Assembly: GCA_965231035.1 (NCBI GenBank)
Contig: OZ246409.1
Coordinates: 151,101 to 183,100 of the forward strand
Direction: 5' to 3'
Source: an uncultured Muribaculaceae bacterium
GTDB taxonomy: Bacteria; Pseudomonadota; Alphaproteobacteria; Rs-D84
Length of the DNA: 32,000 nucleotides
The translations under genes and the position numbers were made by a program. The notes under the pieces are model-generated. The model searched no databases, had not been told where the DNA came from, and worked only from the letters and a program-made list of their open reading frames with translations. Of the stretch, positions 7,756 to 14,768 are shown one piece after another (positions within the stretch are counted from its first letter, which is position 1; every line of letters begins with the position of its first letter).

Positions 7756-7762
7756 CAAAAAT

Positions 7763-8060
7763 ATCAGATAAACAGGACATAGCTGGCGGTTTCCGTCAGA
7801 GGAAAGTCCGGACACCATGGGACAGCATAGCGGCTAACGGCCGCGCGGGGCAACCCGACGATCAGAGCAACAGAGACGAGTCGATTAAATTCGAGTGAAA
7901 CGGGCAATCTCTATGCGGTGCAACTTCAAATAGGTTCTCGTACAATCCGTCCCAGATTGAGAACGGGTAGAAGGCTTGACATTTGCAGTAATGCAAAATG
8001 CAGATTAATTATGTCCACCATAGCAATATGGAACAGAATCCGGCTTATCGTTTATCTGAC
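7763..8060 (+). ncRNA. rnpB: RNase P RNA, bacterial type A, compact (about 298 nt)
   Basis: Conserved P4 strands GAGGAAAGTCCGG (7799-7811) and ACAGAATCCGGCTTATCG (8033-8050). Also CAACAGAGA, GTGAAA, AAATAGG and GGGTAG..GCTTGA blocks collinear with E. coli M1 RNA. P1 pairs tcagataaac (7764-7773) with gtttatctga (8050-8059), and P2 pairs ggacat with atgtcc (8011-8016). Confidence 0.88.
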
Positions 8061-8065
8061 TTATT

Positions 8066-8096
8066 AAAAAACGCGCCAAACGGCGCGATTTTTTAC
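8066..8096. terminator. Bidirectional intrinsic terminator shared by rnpB (+) and tolA (-)
   Basis: Stem CGCGCC (8072-8077), loop AAAC, stem GGCGCG (8082-8087). It is flanked by an A-run upstream and a T-run downstream, so there is a U-tract on both strands. Confidence 0.8.
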
Positions 8097-8812
8097 ATAA
8101 TCTTTCCACTTATCGGATAGAATGTTAATTGGATTTTTTCCCACTTATCAAATTCTGAAACAGGTAACATTTTGAAAGGTTGGCAAGTTTTAACAGCACT
8201 GCGAATTGTTTCCAAAACATATGCGAACGCAGGATCACTGCTTTCACGTGCCGCAGATTCAAACCACAAATCACGAACAGTTCCATTTTGATACATTGTC
8301 AAATGTGCAACTGCACGAATATCGGTAATGTCACTGCGTCCTGTATCAACTGTCCAACAACGGGTCAGGGCAACACGCAAAGCATCAACAACCGAAACAG
8401 TCATCGTGCGATTTAATGAAACAGTTTCACGATTTACGCGAACTGTCATTAATTTCTTTGGTAAATTTTTATCACTTTTGGTGGTTGTTTTCTTTTTTTC
8501 TGCAACCATACTGGGGGTTTTTATCGGTTTATCATCACCGAAATCTTCATCAGCTTTGGCCTTTTTATTTTTTGACTCTTGCTGTTTAGTTTCTTGGATA
8601 TCGGGTGTATCGGTATTATAAAGTTTGGTTTCATCACCAGTAACTTTTACATGATTCAAATCTATTTCCATAATTTGAACACGATCTGGGGCAACCAATT
8701 GTGCGCGTTTTATAACAATCACAAACGAAGTAATCATAAATGCAACAATTACCAAATGCCCCAAAACGGACATCAAAATATTTTCAGAAGAAAAATGCTT
8801 ATTATCATTCAT
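8093..8812 (-). CDS. tolA: TolA-like protein (N-terminal TM anchor, Lys/Glu-rich linker, TolA/TonB-type C-terminal domain)
   Basis: TM segment VLGHLVIVAFMITSFVIVI, a charged linker (KQQESKNKKAKADED..KKKTTTKSDK), a C-terminal globular domain, and a position directly after tolR. Confidence 0.6.
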   Translation of the reverse strand: MNDNKHFSSENILMSVLGHLVIVAFMITSFVIVIKRAQLVAPDRVQIMEIDLNHVKVTGDETKLYNTDTPDIQETKQQESKNKKAKADEDFGDDKPIKTPSMVAEKKKTTTKSDKNLPKKLMTVRVNRETVSLNRTMTVSVVDALRVALTRCWTVDTGRSDITDIRAVAHLTMYQNGTVRDLWFESAARESSDPAFAYVLETIRSAVKTCQPFKMLPVSEFDKWEKIQLTFYPISGKIM

Positions 8813-8817
8813 TTGTA

Positions 8818-9219
8818 TTATTTATCAAGCCTGGTACGAAGCCCAACACGTTGGAAACCAGCATCTTTCAGACGACCCATCATAGACATCACCGCACCAT
8901 AATCTGCGTGTGAATCACCGTTTATCATAATTGTCAGATCGGCATTTTCTTTACGCATCGCGGCAATTTTATTAACAATTTCATCGCGTTCCATTGGGCT
9001 GGCACCCAAATAATATCGACCACCGGAATCAACACTGATTTGAATTGCGTGATCATTACCGGTCAGACTGGAAACACCCGCACGTGGCAAATCCAAATCA
9101 ATTCCCGTTGTCATCATTGGTGTCGTGACCATAAAAACTGCCAACAACACCGTCATAACGTCTATCATTGGGGTCAAAGACAAATTTACATCCGAACGTC
9201 TTGAATTTCTTCGTGCCAT
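8818..9219 (-). CDS. tolR: TolR/ExbD-family biopolymer transport protein
   Basis: N-terminus MARRNSRRSDVNLSLTPMIDVMTVLLAVFMVTTP...DLDLPRA matches the ExbD/TolR signature; 133 aa. Confidence 0.85.
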   Translation of the reverse strand: MARRNSRRSDVNLSLTPMIDVMTVLLAVFMVTTPMMTTGIDLDLPRAGVSSLTGNDHAIQISVDSGGRYYLGASPMERDEIVNKIAAMRKENADLTIMINGDSHADYGAVMSMMGRLKDAGFQRVGLRTRLDK

Positions 9220-9220
9220 A

Positions 9221-9787
9221 TTATTTATACTCCGATTTTAATTTTGAATATATCAACGTATCACAAACGCCACAACATTTTGCATATGAACTTTGACGTG
9301 TTATTCCCTCAAGCACATAATTATTTTTCTTTGCTATATTTTCAGATTTTATATTATCTGAATCAATTTCCATTTGTATTCTGTTAAAGCCTAATTCAAA
9401 AATCTGTTTTTCCAGTGCTTTCAAAGCTTCTGTCATAAAACCATGACCTGTCTCGGAATCTGATAACCAGTACCCAATTTCACAGCTGGCAACATCCCAA
9501 GGATTTATATTAAAAAATCTAATTCTTCCTATAAATCTATCATTTTTAAAAATTCCAAAACAAAAACCTGTTTTATTATTCCATTGTTCATCACGTTTTT
9601 GTAACTGTTTAAGCATATCATCTGGATTTTTTATATATTCAATAAATCCCTGCCATTGTTCCAAACTTTCACGCGAAGCATCAATAACATCAAATATCAT
9701 TTGCGCATTTTTTTGTGACGGTTCAATGCGACGCAATTCAAGCCGTTCTGTTTTTATAATTTCTGGAAAATTAGACAACTCTATCAT
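9221..9787 (-). CDS. GNAT N-acetyltransferase, RimJ/RimL-like
   Basis: 188 aa. Contains TERLELRRIEP...IGRIRFFNI......EIGYWLSDSETGHGFMTEALKALEKQIFELGFNRIQMEIDSDNIKSENIAKKNNYVLEG, which is typical of Acetyltransf_3-type GNATs. Confidence 0.75.
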   Translation of the reverse strand: MIELSNFPEIIKTERLELRRIEPSQKNAQMIFDVIDASRESLEQWQGFIEYIKNPDDMLKQLQKRDEQWNNKTGFCFGIFKNDRFIGRIRFFNINPWDVASCEIGYWLSDSETGHGFMTEALKALEKQIFELGFNRIQMEIDSDNIKSENIAKKNNYVLEGITRQSSYAKCCGVCDTLIYSKLKSEYK

Positions 9788-9800
9788 ATTAAAAACTTTT

Positions 9801-10295
9801 TTATTTTTTTGTCTTCATATCTTTTACTGCATCGTCCAATTTGTTATACAAATCATCTGACCTTTTGGAAAAATATTGATATGCAACCGCTGCTGGAACC
9901 GCAGCAATTAAACCAAGTGCGGTTGTGCCCAATGCAGTTGCAAGTCCTGGTGCAATAACACCAATACTGACCGATTGATTCGCACCAATGGATGCAAAAG
10001 AATCCATAACACCCCAGATTGTTCCAAATAATCCAACGAATGGTGCAACATAAGACAACATAGACAAGAACCATAAATTTTTATCAAAAGGTCTGATTAG
10101 CCTATCTACAACAACATCCAAATTGTCGCCATTTTTAACTTTGGTTGGATTTAATCTTTCAAATTTCCACATGCGAATTTTCTCGATTATAATCGCCCAG
10201 GATATAACGCTGCCTGCGACCAGAATCAGCGATATTGCCAAAACCATAAAATCGCCTTTGGTAAACAGCGAAAGAAGTGAAAAGTTATTTGTCAT
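9801..10295 (-). CDS. tolQ: TolQ/ExbB-family proton channel subunit, short form (164 aa)
   Basis: Three TM segments. The conserved TM2-TM3 region is APFVGLFGTIWGVMDSF...APGLATALGTTALGLIAAVPAAVAYQYF. It sits in ybgC/tolR/tolA context. Confidence 0.8.
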   Translation of the reverse strand: MTNNFSLLSLFTKGDFMVLAISLILVAGSVISWAIIIEKIRMWKFERLNPTKVKNGDNLDVVVDRLIRPFDKNLWFLSMLSYVAPFVGLFGTIWGVMDSFASIGANQSVSIGVIAPGLATALGTTALGLIAAVPAAVAYQYFSKRSDDLYNKLDDAVKDMKTKK

Positions 10296-10307
10296 TTGTT
10301 TTCCTTT

Positions 10308-11114
10308 TTATTTATTATTTTCATTTAAATTAAACTTTACATATTTTTCAGTCAAGGATTTTAATTCATCAACTGTTGGTTTAATATAAAAAAGCCGCTT
10401 TCCATTTGTTAATTCATTTGAAAGTTCCAAACGATTCTTACCAAAAAAACTTACCAAGGTTTTGTAAGCTTTCATATCATTAACTTTTGGGATAAATATA
10501 ACAATTCCCTTTTTACTATCATTATATATTCCATTTGTTTTTAGAATTTCTTCTATCTTGTCAAAATTTTTATTAACAGAATTCAAAAAATTCTTAACTT
10601 TATCTACATTAGAATAAATTCTTTTATAGGCATCTTTTGATTCTGAATCATCAGCTAAAACACCCATATCTTTGTTTATAAAATTCCGTTGTGGACCAAT
10701 TTTAACAGAAATTACTGGATATTTATTTTTTCTAATATCACCGTATTTATTATCCAATGCAAAAGCAATCTGTTTTAATTCATCACTTTCATAATATTTC
10801 ACAATATCTTTACTTGAACCTTTATTTAAATATGCATCTTCGCTTACACCAAAAAACGGGTACCATTTGCCAGTTGGCACATCTTTTTTGCCTCCTATAC
10901 CGCTGGATAAATAAAAAGGTATACGGAACCCATTTATATTCACAACTACTAAAACACGGTCAAGAATATTTACAAATTGAGATGAACCTTTAAATAAAGG
11001 CAATGTTTTATCTAATAAACCATTGCTCCCGGCACTGTAAGTTTCAAACGGAATTTCTTCCAAAAAAACATCGTGATTGGCGATTTTTGTTAAAATTGCA
11101 TTGGAACTATACAT
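10308..11114 (-). CDS. Hypothetical protein, 268 aa, no motif recognised
   Basis: Long ORF in operon register, with a 2-nt gap to ybgC and a 12-nt gap to tolQ. It is very AT-rich compared with its neighbours. No signal peptide or TM segment is evident. Confidence 0.6.
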   Translation of the reverse strand: MYSSNAILTKIANHDVFLEEIPFETYSAGSNGLLDKTLPLFKGSSQFVNILDRVLVVVNINGFRIPFYLSSGIGGKKDVPTGKWYPFFGVSEDAYLNKGSSKDIVKYYESDELKQIAFALDNKYGDIRKNKYPVISVKIGPQRNFINKDMGVLADDSESKDAYKRIYSNVDKVKNFLNSVNKNFDKIEEILKTNGIYNDSKKGIVIFIPKVNDMKAYKTLVSFFGKNRLELSNELTNGKRLFYIKPTVDELKSLTEKYVKFNLNENNK

Positions 11115-11116
11115 TT

Positions 11117-11494
11117 TTATTTCAATATTTTTATAATATCTTCTGGTATGCGTTTTGGCTTCATATCGCCACCAATATATGCCGCAGTACCAACGAGTAT
11201 AGCATAAACATCGTTGTCTTTCACGAACTTTTGTTCAACATTCAGTGATGCCGCGCCCAGTTTTGCCAATCTGGTTTCAACAACAAAATCATCCGCCAAC
11301 CGTAATGGTTTAAGATATTTCATATTCAGTTCTTTGATAACAAAACCAATATCGCCATTTTTTGGCACAGTGTCCATCATCCACTTCATTCTGGCACGTT
11401 CAGCAATTTCAACATAACGTGCATGGTAAACAATACCACCAGCATCTGTATCTGCATACGCAATAGAAAATGGAAATTTATGTATTCTATTCAT
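11117..11494 (-). CDS. ybgC: Tol-Pal-associated acyl-CoA thioesterase (4HBT/hotdog fold)
   Basis: 125 aa. FSIAYADTDAGGIVYHARYVEIAERARMKWM matches the YbgC/4HBT N-terminal active-site motif. It lies upstream of tolQ. Confidence 0.85.
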   Translation of the reverse strand: MNRIHKFPFSIAYADTDAGGIVYHARYVEIAERARMKWMMDTVPKNGDIGFVIKELNMKYLKPLRLADDFVVETRLAKLGAASLNVEQKFVKDNDVYAILVGTAAYIGGDMKPKRIPEDIIKILK

Positions 11495-11986
11495 TTATAT
11501 ATCGCCAATCTTTTTAATATATTCCAAGGTCTTTATATCACGCATGCGGCGGAATACATTTTTATATGTTTTGGGAATTTGAAAATACAACTCTTCGATG
11601 GCTTCGTCAAGTGTTAACCATTTTACCTTTTTCTTTACTTCAATTATTTCAACAATTTCAGCGGTAAATATAAAGTTTGTTTGTTCTAATTTATTTTGGT
11701 TTTTAAATTCAATTAACTCAGCAATAGGATTTGGTGATAGTTTTACAGTTATTCCAACTTCTTCGATTATTTCGCGTTTAAGAGCCTGTTCAATAGTTTC
11801 ACCAATTTCCACACCGCCACCAGGTACACGATAACCAATTTTATTATCTGGACAGAACAGGGCGATTTTATTTTCAGAATTAAAAATCACAGCACGCACG
11901 GCGATGCGTTCTTTTTTTATCTTTCTATCCGATACTGGCAATTCCAAAGATTCTTCTGTCAAAGTTGCAATTATTGGTATTTGCAT
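11495..11986 (-). CDS. Nudix hydrolase
   Basis: Complete Nudix box GGGVEIGETIEQALKREIIEEVGI (G-x5-E-x7-REUxEExGU); 163 aa. Confidence 0.85.
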   Translation of the reverse strand: MQIPIIATLTEESLELPVSDRKIKKERIAVRAVIFNSENKIALFCPDNKIGYRVPGGGVEIGETIEQALKREIIEEVGITVKLSPNPIAELIEFKNQNKLEQTNFIFTAEIVEIIEVKKKVKWLTLDEAIEELYFQIPKTYKNVFRRMRDIKTLEYIKKIGDI

Positions 11987-11989
11987 TTT

Positions 11990-12985
11990 TCATTTTTCCA
12001 AACCCAAATGGTTATATCCTGCATCGGTGATAACGCGACCGCGTGGGGTGCGTTGGATAAATCCTTGCTGCATCAAATACGGTTCAATTACATCCTCTAT
12101 CGTGTCGCATGGTTCTGATAAAATTGCTGATAAATTTTCAATTCCAACCGGGCCACCGGCATAATGTTTAACAATTGCCTTCATATAATCACGGTCAATA
12201 TCATCCAGTCCACGACCATCAATTTTTAGTTGAAACAATGTAGTTTTTATTGTGTCGCCGGTGATTGTTTTAACGCCAGTTGCAGACGCAAAATCGCGTG
12301 CACGTTTCAATAAACGGTTTGCAATTCGCGGCGTTCCACGTGCACTAATTGATAAAACATTCGCCGCAGATTGATCAATCTGAATTTCCAAAATATTAGC
12401 ACTGCGCATAATAATTTTTGCCAAATCATATGGTTCATAAAAATTCAATCTCAGGTCAATTCCAAATCTGTCCCGCAGCGGATTTGACAGCAGACCCGTA
12501 CGAGTTGTTGCACCAACCAAAGTAAATGGGGGCAGGTCAATGCGAACACTTTTGGCACTGGGACCTTCGCCCAGCATAATATCCAATTTGAAGTCTTCCA
12601 TTGCAGAATATAAAACTTCTTCGATTGCGGTTGGCAAACGATGAATTTCATCAATAAATAAAACATCCATTGGTTCCAACGATGTCAATATTGCCGCCAG
12701 GTCACCTTGCTTGGTCAACATAGGTGCAGCGGTCGCACGAAAGTTTGTTCCCAATTCATTTGCAACAATATGTGCCAATGTGGTTTTTCCCAATCCCGGA
12801 GGACCGTATAGCAGCACGTGATCCATAGCCTCGGCCCGATTGCGCGCAGCATTTATAAACACGGACAAGTTTTGTTTCAAACCATCCTGACCCACAAAAT
12901 CCGATAGTTTCTTGGGACGAATGGTCGCCGCCATTTCATCTGGGACATTTGCATCTAAAAATCTTTCGTTTGTTTTGTTTTCCAT
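11990..12985 (-). CDS. ruvB: Holliday junction branch migration helicase RuvB
   Basis: Walker [10 protein letters not shown], Walker [10 protein letters not shown], and RuvB-wide similarity ([12 protein letters not shown]..., ...GATTR.G.L..PLRDRFG). I prefer the ATG at 12985 (MENKTNERF...) to the track's GTG at 13015, which would overlap the upstream gene by 29 nt. Confidence 0.92.
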   Translation of the reverse strand: MENKTNERFLDANVPDEMAATIRPKKLSDFVGQDGLKQNLSVFINAARNRAEAMDHVLLYGPPGLGKTTLAHIVANELGTNFRATAAPMLTKQGDLAAILTSLEPMDVLFIDEIHRLPTAIEEVLYSAMEDFKLDIMLGEGPSAKSVRIDLPPFTLVGATTRTGLLSNPLRDRFGIDLRLNFYEPYDLAKIIMRSANILEIQIDQSAANVLSISARGTPRIANRLLKRARDFASATGVKTITGDTIKTTLFQLKIDGRGLDDIDRDYMKAIVKHYAGGPVGIENLSAILSEPCDTIEDVIEPYLMQQGFIQRTPRGRVITDAGYNHLGLEK

Positions 12986-12986
12986 T

Positions 12987-13646
12987 TTACAGCAACTTAT
13001 CTTCTTCGTTTTCACGACCTACATATGCTTTCAGGTCGTTGTATAATTGACGCAAATCTGCTGGCTGGATATAATTTGCATCTGCATTCTTGATACGAAT
13101 TGTTTCCAAATCTATCTGTGCTTGCTTTTTCAAAACTTGGGTCAAGTGCGTTCCAAATGCACGCGCGTCATCGGATTCCGCCGCGCCTTGCAACAGTAAC
13201 CCACGGTTTGGACGTGGTGATAAAAATGCAAAGTCAGAAATAGATGGGTCAGGAGATACCAATGCAAAGCCTGAAACTTCGGGTCGGCGCATCATTGCTT
13301 GCAAAACATACCACGCCCCCAATTGATGCCCTGCCAGCCATATTTTATCACTGTCTTCGTTATGATTTTGAATCCAATCAATTACAGTTGCAATATCCAT
13401 CATATTGTCAGCAGTTGTTCCCAATGACCCTTCGGAATCATTAACGCCACGATAATCAAATCGAACAACTGAAAAGCCAATATCCATAAAAGCACGAAAC
13501 ATCGCATAAGAAATACGATCGTTCATATGGTATTTTTGACGCGGATTACCAGACAATACGACCGCCAGTGGGGCAGCTTCGACCCCGGATTTATGATACA
13601 CAGCATGCAGTTTTCCAGATTCCCCAGTGATTATTATATCAACCAT
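12987..13646 (-). CDS. Alpha/beta-hydrolase-fold protein with a substituted nucleophile (probably non-catalytic)
   Basis: 219 aa. [16 protein letters not shown] and the overall layout resemble small alpha/beta hydrolases of the COG2945 type, but the nucleophile elbow reads LAGHQLGAW (Gln108, codon CAA at 13325-13323) instead of G-x-S-x-G. Confidence 0.6.
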   Translation of the reverse strand: MVDIIITGESGKLHAVYHKSGVEAAPLAVVLSGNPRQKYHMNDRISYAMFRAFMDIGFSVVRFDYRGVNDSEGSLGTTADNMMDIATVIDWIQNHNEDSDKIWLAGHQLGAWYVLQAMMRRPEVSGFALVSPDPSISDFAFLSPRPNRGLLLQGAAESDDARAFGTHLTQVLKKQAQIDLETIRIKNADANYIQPADLRQLYNDLKAYVGRENEEDKLL

Positions 13647-13675
13647 TTATATACCTTCCTTAATATTACACGTCA

Positions 13676-13705
13676 GTTATAGAACATTCGGAATGCAATT
13701 TTCAA
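13676..13705 (-). promoter_or_regulatory. Candidate promoter of the nine-gene hydrolase-ruvB-tol operon
   Basis: The reverse strand reads TTGAAA (13705-13700), an 18-nt spacer, then TATAAC (13681-13676). An SD AAGGAAGG lies just upstream of the ATG at 13646. Confidence 0.4.
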
Positions 13706-13721
13706 TAAAAATATTTTTGCT

Positions 13722-13751
13722 TTGACACAACTGACGCAAATGTTTTAGAAT
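13722..13751 (+). promoter_or_regulatory. Candidate promoter of the exported-protein gene at 13778
   Basis: TTGACA (13722-13727), an 18-nt spacer, then TAGAAT (13746-13751). Confidence 0.45.
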
Positions 13752-13777
13752 CCATCAAGAGAGAAAAAGGTTACAAT

Positions 13778-14722
13778 ATGAAAAGACTTATTTTTTGCAC
13801 GTTTCTTGCGTGTTTGATGGTAAATGCTGGTTTTGCCGCTAATACAGATAATGTCGCTTATTCTTCCCAAGATTTACAAAATAACGTTTACAGTGAAACT
13901 CCTGTTCAATCTTATTATGCATATCCTGATGATTCTAATTTTATTCCTGAAAACAACTTTATGGAACGTACCGACAGTTTAAATTATGATCAAAATATTG
14001 TTGATGCACGTGCCGCAGAATCAAAAAAACTTCCTGGGGTTTCATTTGCAGAACGTCCTATGATTATCTGTCGTGATTTCGGTTGCACAAAATTGAACGA
14101 TCGTATAACCAGGGCATTTCTGTTCAACAGCATTGCAAATACTTTTATGATGAATTCTGATTCACGTGTTTATATTTGTGAAGCAGATCCATTCAGCCGC
14201 AGCTGTTTGCAATCTGGAATTTCTTTCCCAGTTCGCAGTGGTATTGCAAATGCAATGGTTAAAATACCAAAGGCAACTGTATCCCAAGTAAATATATCTA
14301 CTGGATTATCCAAGGCCACAGTTGGCATGACTTATGAATTTTTGGTAAATGGAATTGACAGAGTTTGCGAGCCAACTATTATGGATATAGTTGTTCCAGT
14401 TAACTCTCAGGCAACACTGGCTAATCGCGAGTTCACATGCAATATGACCAGTGATGGTTTAACCAATGTTTCAATAATGGTTAACATTGATTATATCGAT
14501 TTGGATTATGGTATTTTGGGCGGTTATTATTCACTAGGTCTGCAAGGACCAACAACTGGCGGCGGTACAGGTTACGCTTTGTTCAAAACAGAATATTCTA
14601 CTACTGGTTTAAAATACGAAGCCGCATCTGATAGTGCGTATGGGAAAAATTCTGGTGGTACAGATACTGGAATGTTGACCATTCAACCCGGGGAATACGC
14701 CGTAGAGCCGTTAACAAAATAA
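13778..14722 (+). CDS. Exported hypothetical protein, 314 aa
   Basis: Signal peptide MKRLIFCTFLACLMVNAGFA/ANTD. The mature part has six Cys and a Gly-rich C-terminal region. No family recognised. Confidence 0.7.
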   Translation: MKRLIFCTFLACLMVNAGFAANTDNVAYSSQDLQNNVYSETPVQSYYAYPDDSNFIPENNFMERTDSLNYDQNIVDARAAESKKLPGVSFAERPMIICRDFGCTKLNDRITRAFLFNSIANTFMMNSDSRVYICEADPFSRSCLQSGISFPVRSGIANAMVKIPKATVSQVNISTGLSKATVGMTYEFLVNGIDRVCEPTIMDIVVPVNSQATLANREFTCNMTSDGLTNVSIMVNIDYIDLDYGILGGYYSLGLQGPTTGGGTGYALFKTEYSTTGLKYEAASDSAYGKNSGGTDTGMLTIQPGEYAVEPLTK

Positions 14723-14724
14723 AA

Positions 14725-14754
14725 TTAAAGAGCGGACCCTTGTTCGCTCTTTAA
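14725..14754 (+). terminator. Hairpin, likely a (leaky) intrinsic terminator
   Basis: 10-bp stem ttaaagagcg (14725-14734) / cgctctttaa (14745-14754) with a 10-nt loop, followed by an interrupted T-tract (ttattt). Confidence 0.55.
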
Positions 14755-14768
14755 TTATTTACTATATT

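Noticed and set aside
7698-7898. 66-aa plus-strand ORF
   Set aside because: It lies over the rnpB promoter and the 5' half of the RNase P RNA, including the conserved GAGGAAAGTCCGG. It is explained by the ncRNA.
9221-9787. GNAT as the toxin of a GNAT/RHH (TacT/AtaT-like) toxin-antitoxin pair
   Set aside because: No small antitoxin ORF is adjacent, since its neighbours are tolQ and tolR with 13-nt and 1-nt gaps. The sequence looks like the RimJ/RimL (Acetyltransf_3) type rather than the tRNA-acetylating toxin type.
12986-13015. GTG start at 13015 for ruvB, and likewise the GTG start at 19532 for tig
   Set aside because: The extensions ([10 protein letters not shown]; MVCIYLQRWIQTAQKPKVFV) are not RuvB- or trigger-factor-like, and for ruvB the extension overlaps the upstream gene. 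The internal ATGs at 12985 and 19592 align with the family N-termini.
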